This document shows, piece by piece, positions 1-10,353 of a stretch of 64,000 nucleotides of DNA. This DNA comes from Pocillopora damicornis (lineage: Eukaryota). The DNA lies in NCBI RefSeq assembly GCF_003704095.1, contig NW_020846775.1, positions 310,001 to 374,000 on the forward strand, in the 5' to 3' direction. Made by a program: the position numbers and the translations under genes. The number at the start of each line of letters is the position of its first letter. Position 1 is the first letter of the stretch. The notes beneath the pieces are model-generated. The model worked only from the letters and a program-made list of their open reading frames with translations. It made no database searches and was not told the origin of the DNA.

Positions 1-445
1 CTGCAAACTCAGTAAATTCGATTGTTGTTTCGGTTGGTCGTGAACTTCTACCTCCCATTTCTGGGCCTTTTTAGGTGAGGAAAACGGCATTCAAAAGCTT
101 GAAATCTGGTTAATTCACTCAGAGTTCCTGAGGTCAGGTCTTTGCTATTTTGCTTAGCCGAAAACATCTGTAATTATAGAAAAAAATTATAACCCAAGTT
201 ATGCCTTGGCTTTACATTAATACTTCACAACGAAAACCATTCAAGTTACTCTGCACGCAAGAAACATGAAATTAAGTGAAACTGATACCTTCTGCAATGG
301 GACAAAGACGATAGTAATCCGAAAAGTCAAGCAAGAAAGCCAAAAATTCTCCGGCGTACAACTTCAATTATCCGGCACGACTTAAACATTTCAGCACGAC
401 TTCAACTTTCCCGCGCGACTTTAACATTCCGGCGCGACTTTAACT
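1..445 (-). pseudogene. Second copy of the 5' end of the Ulp1-domain gene (matches 3085..~3530), with a 1-bp frameshifting deletion; runs off the window edge
   Basis: 1..445 aligns to 3085..~3530 with about 15 differences by eye. CTACCTCCCATT here versus CTACCTTCCCATT in the other copy breaks the frame. Could be an uncollapsed haplotype. Confidence 0.6.
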
Positions 446-651
446 NNNNNNNNNNNNNNNNNNNNNNNNNNNNNNNNNNNNNNNNNNNNNNNNNNNNNNN
501 NNNNNNNNNNNNNNNNNNNNNNNNNNNNNNNNNNNNNNNNNNNNNATGATATTTATAATAAGTAATTTCGAGATTTCTCTTAGTTTGAAACAAAGATCTA
601 AGATGACATGACTATAAAGTAGAGATTTCTTTCGTTGACCTGAAATAGTAC

Positions 652-3252
652 CTTGAGACTTTCCTCTTTTCTTTCCAGTTNNNNNNNNNNTGTAACTCCC
701 ACAACGGTTGCACTGGAAATAATCGACCCTGAGCCCACTGTTTTTTTGTTTCTTGGAACCTTTAGTAGCAAATAAGTAAGCAAATAAAAAGTTATATAAC
801 AAAGTGAATGGATGAATTAATGAATTAACTAATTAATCAATTNNNNNNNNNNCAATTACTGGTTGAAAGTGAGACATGTTAATTGCCTGATGAGACTGGC
901 TTTATTGCATTTTCAAGGGTTACCGCTTTCTTTAAGTAACGCACCTGTCACCTTGACAAAAGAGCAGCCTTCTTTCTCCTCAGTGTCCGCTTTCCACGTC
1001 TCGANNNNNNNNNNAAAGATATATTATGTGTCATTTGGGACTCGACTAATGGTCTGAAATAAGTAGATATGAAAGTTATAAGAGATGTTTAATTTTAAAA
1101 AAAGAGGCTGAGTAANNNNNNNNNNNNNNNNNNNNNNNNNNNNNNNNNNNNNNNNNNNNNNNNNNNNNNNNNNNNNNNNNNNNNNNNNNNNNNNNNNNNN
1201 NNNNNNNNNNNNNNNNNNNNNNNNNNNNNNNNNNNNNNNNNNNNNNNNNNNNNNNNNNNNNNNNNNNNNNNNNNNNNNNNNNNNNNNNNNNNNNNNNNNN
1301 NNNNNNNNNNNNNNNNNNNNNNNNNNNNNNNNNNNNNNNNNNNNNNNNNNNNNNNNNNNNNNNNNNNNNNNNNNNNNNNNNNNNNNNNNNNNNNNNNNNN
1401 NNNNNNNNNNNNNNNNNNNNNNNNNNNNNNNNNNNNNNNNNNNNNNNNNNNNNNNNNNNNNNNNNNNNNNNNNNNNNNNNNNNNNNNNNNNNNNNNNNNN
1501 NNNNNNNNNNNNNNNNNNNNNNNNNNNNNNNNNNNNNNNNNCCCGGTTCCTCGTTCACCTCTATGCTGCTCTCCACTACCTGGCCTATGCTTTGGACTGT
1601 CATCACGGTTTCTTTTCTCATCACAAGTGACTCTATCGTCGTCAATTGCTCTGTCACGATCGCCCTTGTTTTTTCCATCTTTCTCTCCTCCCACTCTCTT
1701 AACAGGAATATTACGGTATTTCTCTTGACTGGCCTTGTCANNNNNNNNNNCACTTTTGTAGACTTTTTTTTCATAGTTATCATTGATCTTTTGTAACTGT
1801 TTGTTGCCCAGGATTTTATCCTCTGCCTCACTGCTGCTTTGAGTGCTCTCAGTTCNNNNNNNNNNTTCCGCTTTTCTTTGAATACAAAGTCCCATCTCAT
1901 TGTTCTCTGCGGTGTTGTCTCTCTCATCTATGTCTCCTTTTGATGACGGTACTCGAGGAGTGTCCAAGTCCGAATCGGAGTCTGACTGGCTCTCGTGTCT
2001 AAGTTCGGGGCGAAGAAAAGAAGATGGAACCACATGCTCAGGNNNNNNNNNNTTCTCACCGATCCATCCCATGATCACTCTACGCAAGTACTTTGCATAG
2101 CGCGTTGGAGCACTTATGAAGACATTTGAAGGCGACACCGCCTGCAATTGACCTGAAGTGGTAATGTGAGAAAAAAATGATCGGGCTGTACAGGCGTACA
2201 NNNNNNNNNNNNNNNNNNNNNNNNNNNNNNNNNNNNNNNNNNNNNNNNNNNNNNNNNNNNNNNNNNNNNNNNNNNNNNNNNNNNNNNNNNNNNNNNNNNN
2301 ATGCACAGCTGAATCCACATTTGTGCTCCCGTTCAGTGGAAACGTTACTTGAAGTGTGACACTCGAAAACGGAGAAGTCGGATAAACATTCTCCATAAAT
2401 GTGCTCGATGAATTGCTCTAATCTAGGCAAGAGGTCGACTGGTACGCTCCAAGCCAGTGAGTCACCATAGACTATTTTCTTTTTTTCCCGATCAACATGG
2501 CACATTGTCCAGTGACAACCACTCCGGGATCCGCTTGCAATGAATACATTGCCACTCGAATCCTTACCCACATTAAGGACAAAGAACAAACTCGTTGGCT
2601 TTGACTGGCCATCTGGAAGAGAGCGAGCCACGAACACCTCTACATCCAACACGTGATTGATGTGAACACAAAGAGTTTTTTTCTGTGAAATATTTAGATC
2701 GTCAAGCAACCAATGTACATGATCAGATGAGATCCACCGATCACAACAAAGATTCGCCATTTCATTGGGTGACATTTGAAGACCATCGACCTGCTTATCA
2801 AATTTTTCTCCGTAAATAAGATTTTGGAACTTTTTGATGGAATCAGTGGCAGGATGGCTTATCACAGAAAGTGGGCGAGGGTAGGTCGATGCAAACCAGT
2901 CGAGTTCTTTCTCGACAGCTCTCTTAATATCTATTGCCTCGGTAATCCGAAGCATGCCTTTGATTCCATCGTCATCAAAACAACCCAAAGAACTTTCCGC
3001 ATAGCAATAGCTTTTTGGATTAGAGTTCTTAACTCTCCTCATTTCATCCCTCCATGACTCTAACGTATGCCTATCTGGAATATACTGCAAACTCAGTAAA
3101 TTCGATTGTTGTTTCGGTTGGTCGTGAACTTCTACCTTCCCATTTCTGGGCCTTTTTAGGTGAGGAAAACGGCATTCAAAAGCTTTAAATCTTGTTAATT
3201 CACTCAGAGTTCCTGAGGTCAGGTCTTTGCTATTTTGCTTAGCCGAAAACAT
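652..3252 (-). CDS. Ulp1/SENP (C48) protease-domain protein with downstream exons resembling the N-terminal region of MULE-type transposases; incomplete because of gaps
   Basis: The large exon (3252 to ~1542) has DRWISSDHVHWLL and GCHWTMCHVD..IVYGDSL (C48 His/Asp motifs); the catalytic Cys would fall in gap 2201-2300. A charged linker follows. AG/GT-bounded, phase-compatible exons 1053..945 (ETWKADTEEKEGCSFVKVTG) and 759..652 (SKKQKNSGLRVDYFQCNRCGSY..TGKKRGKSQG) follow that. Confidence 0.65.
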
Positions 3253-3434
3253 CTGTAATTATAGAAAAAAATTACAACCCAAGTTATGCCTTGGCTTTAC
3301 ATTAATACTTCACAACGAAAACCATTCAAGTTACTCTGCACGTAAGAAACATGAAATTAAGTGAAACTGATACCTTCTGCAATGGGATAAAGACGATGGT
3401 AATCCCAAAAGTCAAACACGAAAGCCAAAAATTA

Positions 3435-3625
3435 TCCGGCGTACAACTTCAACTATCCGGCACGACCTAAACATTTCAGCACGACTTTAACTTTCCCGCG
3501 CGACTTTAACATTCCGGCGTGACTTTAAGTTTCCGGCACGAATTTAACATTCCGGTACGACTTTTAATTTTCCGGAACGTCTTTCTCTGGTCTGTAAAAA
3601 TTAAAGTTGAAGTCTTGCCGGCTAA
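3435..3625. repeat. ~20-bp degenerate tandem repeat (TTCCGGCACGACTTTAACAT-like), about 7 units plus an inverted unit; also at ~350-445
   Basis: Units are directly visible; an inverted unit AAGTCTTGCCGG lies at ~3610-3621. Confidence 0.8.
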
Positions 3626-4254
3626 AAACTGAGGTGGCGAAAATTAAAGTTGAGGTGGTGGAAAAATGTTGATGAGAAGTACAAGATGGCACTTATGTCA
3701 ATCGCAATGTCACGCAACACTGGAAAGGCACTGCGTGTGCACCTGCTGTAAAAGAGTAGTTGACTGAGTAGGAGGGTTTGACGGGAACTGATACCGACCG
3801 AGCGCAGCAACGTCCGTGCGTCATGAATGAGAGCCAAATATTTTCCTGTCCGGCCCCACCTTAGTCAGTGAATAAGAATTTTTAATATGATTGTCACACT
3901 GTCTTTTTCTTTCTACTTTCGCATCTCGTAGGCCCTCGCGCGGGGATTTTCTTGTAATTGTTTCGATAAAAGCGCCCGGGAGATCGTACTGGTCTTAGGA
4001 TAAATTGACATTATCGCTGAAAAAGTGCATGGCCGGCTTTAAGCATGGTAGAGCTCAACATAGGAAGAACGTAGTAAAACACTAAAATCCAAAACGATTG
4101 GCAAAAAAAAAGAGAGAAAATTAATAAATGCACGCGCACGAATCGGAGCTATTCCTGTCAGCGGTGAAATACAGGAATGGCTCCAGTTTCTGGTCGTCCG
4201 CCTGAACTGAATAATTAGTTTAGTCAATGAAACTAGTCAGCGGATGACTTTATC

Positions 4255-4650
4255 GCCGGAATATCGCTGAACGACCTTGCTGATCAAGAAAGGCCTTCTC
4301 TTCGTTATGTAAGTGACCATTTCCTGTTTCACACATCGGTATTTTCACTCGAATTGATATTTCATCGTTCCGCTTCGAGACACACGGTCAAACAATACTC
4401 ACGAGCAAGGNNNNNNNNNNNNNNNNNNNNNNNNNNNNNNNNNNNNNNNNNNNNNNNNNNNNNNNNNNNNNNNNNNNNNNNNNNNNNNNNNNNNNNNNNN
4501 NNNNNNNNNNGCCGGAATATCGCTGAACGACCTTGCTGAACAAGAAAGGCCTTCTCTTCGTTATATAAGTAACCATTTCCTGTTTCACACATCGGTATTT
4601 TTCACTCGCATTGATATTTCATCGTTCCGCTTCGAGACACAGTCAAACAA
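4255..4650. repeat. ~140-bp near-identical duplication flanking a 100-N gap, probably an assembly overlap
   Basis: 4255-4395 matches 4511-4650 on either side of N run 4411-4510. Confidence 0.8.
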
Positions 4651-4866
4651 GAGTTAAGATATAACTTATTACTTTTACTATTTTTATCATCCAATTACAG
4701 GTCGGAGCCATTCCTGTATTTAGTCGCTTGTCGGTGTTTTGGGTACCCCCGCGTTTTTGGTATAACGCTCAACCATCGATTATGATGGCCCAGTGAAATA
4801 CAAATCCAAGGAATCGCTGTCAAAAGTCATTACATCTTCCAACATTCCGAAACGAGACTCCTCAAG

Positions 4867-6576
4867 ATGAATATACCCGAGCAAGGGCACAAAACTCCAC
4901 ATACTGTGTCTCTGATTGTTGAGGATGGGAAGGAATTCAAGACGCTTTCACATATTCTTTCCACAGCAAGTCCCTTCTTTGAAAAACTTCTCTCCAGCAA
5001 CATGAAAGAGAATCAGGAGGGGGTTATTCGATTGGAGGTCTTCACGGAGTCGCTGATGAAAGATGTTCTCGAGTTTATTCAGACTGGTAACGTTCGGATT
5101 TCGACTCGTGAAAATGCCGAAGAGCTCGTTGCAGCAGCGGATTACCTATGTCTCTCCAAGCTCAAGTCGTTCGCTGGGAAGTTTATCGAGCAGACCATGT
5201 CCTCTTTAAACTGCGTTTCAACTTACTTCATGGCGGAAAAATTCGATCATTCCGAGCTGTTAGACAGCGTGCGGAAGTTCATCTTATCAAATTTTGCCGA
5301 CGTCGCACAAACAGAAAACTTCCCACGTTTACCGAGTCACGAGGTTGAACAGTTGGTGTCCAGCGACGATATTGTTATCAATTCAGAGGAAGACGTTTTC
5401 AATGCAATTTTCAAGTGGACCCTTCACAAGAAAAGTGAAAGAAGCAAAGAATTCTGTAAACTCTTCAGTCACGTTCGATTGACCTTTCTGTCGCGTGACT
5501 TTTTACTGAAGGATGTCGTGACAAACGAAATTGTGACAGAAAATGAAGACTGTATTGATCGCGTGAACAGTGCGTTAGCTTGGATGAATCGAAAAACCGA
5601 CTGCGACCTTTCCCGGCCGTATTCTCCAAGGAAGGCAATGGAGACATGTGTCATTGCAATATGGGGAGAGGATAAGACATTCCGCCCTCTTTTCTATGTT
5701 CCTGAAAATAATGATTTTTATCAGCTACCGGGTATGGCCGAACCGGACTGTGTACCACAGCATGTCTTCTCATGCCGAGGGAAACTATTCTTTGTTGCCC
5801 AGGAAGTAAATAAATCGCAATATTATGACCCAGACTCCAACTGCTGGCATCCAGCACCATGGACGAAGACCGATTCAAAGCCAAATTGGTGCAAAACTAA
5901 CCGTCGAGAGATAGGCAAACTATTTCTTCGCGCAGTGTTAGTTGTCGAAAACGAAATTTGTTTTATTGAAGAAAATCTACAAATTTATTCAAGCTGTCTC
6001 TGTCAATTTAACTTGGACAAGAAATCCACGACTCGCTCGAAGGACTGGTTAAAAACAACAAGGACTTGTCTCGTTACTTTGGGCCAGTACATCTACGTCA
6101 TAGGAGGGACAAAATCCGACGTAAATATCGTCCCCCATTGCTCTAGGTATGACATCGTGAAAAACAAATGGCAGAAATTGGCAAACTTACGCTTTGCAAG
6201 ATTTAGAGCCCTTGGAATTGGAACACAAGAAAAGATTTACGTCGCTGGAGGATGGCTCGACTTCGGCGGTGAGATTACCAACACGTGTGAGGTTTACAGT
6301 GTATTGACTGATGAGTGGCATTTAATTGGTCGTTTAACAGTTCCCCGGGACATTGGAAACATGCTATCGATCGATGAATCTTTGTACGTATTGGGTGGAG
6401 TTTGCCATCCCGTTCTTGGAAAGATATGGTCAGTTGAAAGCTACGAACACGAAAAAGATGAGTGGAAAGAAAACCGACATTTCCTTGACATTCACAAAAT
6501 CATGACGTTCACAGCGTGTACCTTTAGACTGTTGAAAGACGTGTCAGTTAAGCTGAAACACCATGGCAACTCTTAA
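4867..6576 (+). CDS. Kelch-like BTB-BACK-Kelch protein, intronless CDS (paralog A, 569 aa)
   Basis: BTB (VSLIVEDGKEF..ILSTASPFFEKLL..NMKE), BACK (LVSSDDIVINSEEDVFNAIFKW..LFSHVRL), Kelch blades YVIGG/YVAGG/YVLGG with Y..W spacing. Confidence 0.93.
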   Translation: MNIPEQGHKTPHTVSLIVEDGKEFKTLSHILSTASPFFEKLLSSNMKENQEGVIRLEVFTESLMKDVLEFIQTGNVRISTRENAEELVAAADYLCLSKLKSFAGKFIEQTMSSLNCVSTYFMAEKFDHSELLDSVRKFILSNFADVAQTENFPRLPSHEVEQLVSSDDIVINSEEDVFNAIFKWTLHKKSERSKEFCKLFSHVRLTFLSRDFLLKDVVTNEIVTENEDCIDRVNSALAWMNRKTDCDLSRPYSPRKAMETCVIAIWGEDKTFRPLFYVPENNDFYQLPGMAEPDCVPQHVFSCRGKLFFVAQEVNKSQYYDPDSNCWHPAPWTKTDSKPNWCKTNRREIGKLFLRAVLVVENEICFIEENLQIYSSCLCQFNLDKKSTTRSKDWLKTTRTCLVTLGQYIYVIGGTKSDVNIVPHCSRYDIVKNKWQKLANLRFARFRALGIGTQEKIYVAGGWLDFGGEITNTCEVYSVLTDEWHLIGRLTVPRDIGNMLSIDESLYVLGGVCHPVLGKIWSVESYEHEKDEWKENRHFLDIHKIMTFTACTFRLLKDVSVKLKHHGNS

Positions 6577-6924
6577 TCAATATCAAAGCCTCATGCATTA
6601 GTATGATATCCATATGTTAGACCCCATTTTGTTGGGGTTGAGTGCCAAGGAAATTTTCTTGTCGTGTCCATGGAAACTGTTGGGTTTCACTAAGTAGGTC
6701 AGTCAGGAGCACATACTCTTCCATTCCATTCTACATCCTGTATTTCTTCAATGATCACCCATGTAACAATCCAGTACAATCACGTTACTTGATTACAATC
6801 CTTTTACATCATTCAATAGTCTTACAGTGATTTCACTAATGTTGCTATAGTACTCAATACACTACAGAATAGTTTAAAGAAACAGCCACCTTTCCACACA
6901 AAATATATAGCCGGTTACGTAGAA

Positions 6925-7305
6925 TAGTCCATTTTACAGTTACGTGCTTGGTTGCCAAGCCTTTGAACAGGAGTGAGGCAAAGGTGGCCTTGTTATGATA
7001 CAAACGTTGCTCTTTTCAAATGTAAATTACTTTGTTATTATGCTAACTAGATACTGGTCTATATCACAACAATTGCTCTGACGAAGGGCTAACGCTCGAA
7101 ACGTCAGCTTTTTTACTCTTTACGGTGGCCAATTTACGTTTTCAACCTAGTTGTTAACACTAAATTACCTGCTATACTCTGCCACCGACGCAGCACCACA
7201 GTTTCTTCACTTACCTCCTTTATTCATCTATCACAGTAAGGTCACCTTCAGCCTCACTCCAAATAAAAGGCTTGGCAACTAAGTACACAACTGTAAAATG
7301 GCCCA
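6925..7305. mobile_element. MITE with ~70-bp TIRs, interrupted by a Penelope-like fragment
   Basis: CCATTTTACAGTTACGTGCTTGGTTGCCAAGCCTTT at the left is the inverse of AAAGGCTTGGCAACTAAGTACACAACTGTAAAATGG at the right. Confidence 0.8.
7075..7108 (+). ncRNA. Minimal type-I hammerhead ribozyme motif at the head of a Penelope-like pseudo-LTR fragment (~7071-7227)
   Basis: GCT-CTGACGA-A-GGGC-TAAC-GCTC-GAA-AC-GT-C/AGC: intact CUGANGA and GAAA core, stem II GGGC/GCTC, palindromic ACGT stem III, GUC site, 3-bp stem I. Confidence 0.75.
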
Positions 7306-7712
7306 TTGAATGGCAGATTTTCGGTGAATAAAAAATGTCTGCCGTTATGGCCTCGAACATGCATGTAACAGTAATTCCAATCTGTTTTATAACTCAAACT
7401 TTAACATATCCTTAACCAAAGAAACGTTCATTTTAGAATGAGTGATTGGGGCCTCCTATTAATGAAACCCAGTTGGTGCTAATTTGAAGAAGGCACTAAG
7501 AACGTCAGAACAACACAGCCTATATTTCATGTAGATATAAATTGCAACATTAGAAAGAGAAACAAGAACATGTCTTTCAATAGAGACACAACAATTTCTT
7601 GGCGTTGCACGCATTTGCTTTCACTTTGCTTCAACTGATGTAACTTATTAGTGTCCTGCTGGTAAGAAGTTTATTCTTCCACTTTTTAGCCCACAATAGT
7701 CTTTGGGATCTT

Positions 7713-7829
7713 TAGTCAAGCGTATGCAAGCAAGCGCGAAACGAGCGCTTAGGGCGCGTCACGCGGAAAGAAATGAACGGTATTCCGCCTAAGCGGGACC
7801 TATCCTTCGCGCTTATCGCGTGCTCGACT
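7713..7829. mobile_element. Short CpG-rich MITE-like element with imperfect TIRs
   Basis: AGTCAAGCG..AAGCGCGAA versus TTCGCGCTT..GCTCGACT. Confidence 0.5.
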
Positions 7830-8151
7830 CAAAACTGAAAAAAAATATTCCATAACAAGCAGATAATCGCATGTCTGTGAATACCCAGGGGCTAGTAATG
7901 GTAAAATCTGTGGACGATTTTCATAATTAGTCACCAGTAATTTTCATTTGCGTTTGAAAGGCACGTGGAAAGCATTTGAATAGTATGTGTAAATATCGTC
8001 CCTTTCGAACAGTGTTTTCTCATGCTTTTCAATTAGTTCTTGAGGCAGACAACTGAGAACTTGCCCTCATGCATTGGCATTGGAGTCTTGACGGCGATTT
8101 GTGAATGATCCGACCCCAAATTCTTAACAGTCGAGCATCCAGCGGATTCCT

Positions 8152-8319
8152 TGACTCGTCCCCAGTAGTCAAAATGGGTGCAACCAATGTGAGTGGGATA
8201 GAAGGAAGAAATGTGATGGGTAAGGAAAAAACGAAAGAGGAAGTTCTTCTCCTTCCCGTCACTCCTTTTTACCCCATTTCAGAGCCGCGCATATTTTGAA
8301 AACGATTGGGGACGAGTCA
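8152..8319. mobile_element. MITE with ~18-bp TIRs
   Basis: TGACTCGTCCCCAGTAGT ... ACGATTGGGGACGAGTCA. Confidence 0.7.
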
Positions 8320-8518
8320 AAAATCACCAAATATCATATTGCACTGTCGCTGTCTGAAGTAGTCTTATGATCGCCACAGCCCTCTTTCGTAAAAAAAAAA
8401 CGTTAACACAGCGACTGTCCATTGTTTTGATAGCTTAAACATATCCCGATAAACTTTGCTGTTAGGTTCGCCAAGTCTTAACTCTTTCCACAACTCCTAA
8501 ACGAGCTGACAGCTGAAG

Positions 8519-10228
8519 ATGAATTTGTCCGATCAAGCCGAGTCTGAATTGTCTAAAACTGTGTCTCTGATTGTTCAGGATGGGAAGGAATTGAAGACGC
8601 TTAGACATGTTCTTTCCCAAGCAAGTCCCTTCTTTGAAAAACTCCTCACCAGCAACATGAAAGAGAATAACGAAGGAGTAGTTCGATTGGAAGTCTTTAA
8701 TGAATCGCTGATGAAAGATGTTCTCGAGTTTATTCACACTGGTAACGTTCAGATTTCGACTAGTGAAAATGCCGAGGAGCTCATCGCGGCAGCGGATTAC
8801 ATGTGTCTCTCCAAGCTCAAGTCGTTCGCTGGGAAGTTTATCGAGCAGACCATGTCCTCTTCAAACTGCGTTTCAACTTACTTCATGGCAGAAAAATTCG
8901 ATCATTCCGAGCTGTTAGACAGCTCGCGGAAGTTTATGTTATCAAAATTTGTCAACGTCGCACAAACAGGAAATTTCCTACGCTTACCGAGGCATGAAGT
9001 TGAACAATTGGTTTCCAGCGACGATGTAGTTATCAAGTCAGAGGAAGACGTTTTTAAGGCAATATTAAGGTGGACCCTTCACAAGAAAAGTGAAAGAAGC
9101 AAAGAATTCTGTAAACTCTTCTGTCACGTTCGATTAACATTTCTGTCGCGTGACTTTTTACTGAATGATGTCGTGACAAACGAACTTGTGACAGAAAATG
9201 AAGATTGTATCAGTAGCGCGACTAACGCTTTAGCTTGGATAGATCGTGCTGGTGACGATGACTTTTCAAGACCGTTTTCTCCACGAAAGGCTCTTGAGAA
9301 AAGTGTCATCGCAATTTACAGAAAGGATAAGCCTTTTAAGAACCCTCTCTTTTACCTTCCCAAAAAGAATGATATTTATCGCTTGCAGGGCATGGCCAAA
9401 ACGGACTGTGAACCGGAACATGTCTTCTCATGCCGGGGGAAACTGTTTTTCGTTTCCAAAGAAGTGGATGAATCACAATATTATGACCCAGACTTCAACT
9501 GCTGGCGTGCAGCACCCTGGACGAAAACAGATTCAGAAATAAACTGGCTGCACTGGCGAGCAATGGGTATACGACATCGTCGCAAAGTAGTAGTCGTTCA
9601 GAACGAAATTTGTTTCATAGAAGAAGATTTAGAGGAAGACTCAAGCTGTCTCTGGAAATTCAACCTGGACACGAATTCCACGAGTTGCTCGAAAGACTGG
9701 CTGGAAAGAACAAGAATTTGTGCCGTAACTGTTGGGAAGTACATTTATGCTATCGGTGGGGTTAGAGACATAAATATTATTAAACAATGCTCGAAGTTTG
9801 ACATCGCGGAAAACAAATGGGAGAAGTTAGCGGATTTAAACCTGACCAGGTATGATGCCCTTGGAGTTGGAACACAAGAAAAGATTTACGTCGCTGGAGG
9901 GTGGCTGGACTTTGATGAGATTACCAACACGTGTGAAGTTTACAACAGGTCCACAGATGAGTGGAACTTGATGTGTCGTTTAACAGTTTCCCGGCCTTTT
10001 GGAAACTTGGTGTTAGTTGGTAATTCTTTGTACGCGGTGGGTGGTGCTGTACATGATTTATTTAGAAAGATATGGTCAGTTGAGAAGTACGACTATGAAA
10101 AAGATGAGTGGGAAGAAAAGAAATGTACCCTCTGCGTTGAAAACATTTCGCCGTACCAAGCCTCTTCCTTCACACTTTTGAAAGAGGATTCAGTCAAGTT
10201 GAAACGTTACAAAGGTATCTTTCGCTGA
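8519..10228 (+). CDS. Kelch-like BTB-BACK-Kelch protein, intronless CDS (paralog B, 569 aa)
   Basis: Colinear paralog of 4867..6576 with the same domain motifs; a splice acceptor TTGCTGTTAG at ~8465 suggests a 5' UTR intron. Confidence 0.93.
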   Translation: MNLSDQAESELSKTVSLIVQDGKELKTLRHVLSQASPFFEKLLTSNMKENNEGVVRLEVFNESLMKDVLEFIHTGNVQISTSENAEELIAAADYMCLSKLKSFAGKFIEQTMSSSNCVSTYFMAEKFDHSELLDSSRKFMLSKFVNVAQTGNFLRLPRHEVEQLVSSDDVVIKSEEDVFKAILRWTLHKKSERSKEFCKLFCHVRLTFLSRDFLLNDVVTNELVTENEDCISSATNALAWIDRAGDDDFSRPFSPRKALEKSVIAIYRKDKPFKNPLFYLPKKNDIYRLQGMAKTDCEPEHVFSCRGKLFFVSKEVDESQYYDPDFNCWRAAPWTKTDSEINWLHWRAMGIRHRRKVVVVQNEICFIEEDLEEDSSCLWKFNLDTNSTSCSKDWLERTRICAVTVGKYIYAIGGVRDINIIKQCSKFDIAENKWEKLADLNLTRYDALGVGTQEKIYVAGGWLDFDEITNTCEVYNRSTDEWNLMCRLTVSRPFGNLVLVGNSLYAVGGAVHDLFRKIWSVEKYDYEKDEWEEKKCTLCVENISPYQASSFTLLKEDSVKLKRYKGIFR

Positions 10229-10353
10229 GAAGTCCTTCCGGTTTCGGGAAACCCAAACCAAAGTAACGATAGATCTTTAAGAACACTGCACTACGTACCT
10301 ACGTCCCTTAAAAAACCATTTTGTTCTCGTCAAGTTCTCTTCCAACAATTATC

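Noticed and set aside
1076-1927. 283-aa ORF in the track
   Set aside because: Largely N-filled and an alternate frame of the Ulp1 gene linker
3435-3580. CRISPR-like array
   Set aside because: The units are contiguous with no unique spacers, there are no cas genes, and the context is eukaryotic
4255-4650. Biological tandem duplication upstream of Kelch A
   Set aside because: The copies directly flank a 100-N scaffold gap, so an unmerged contig overlap is more likely
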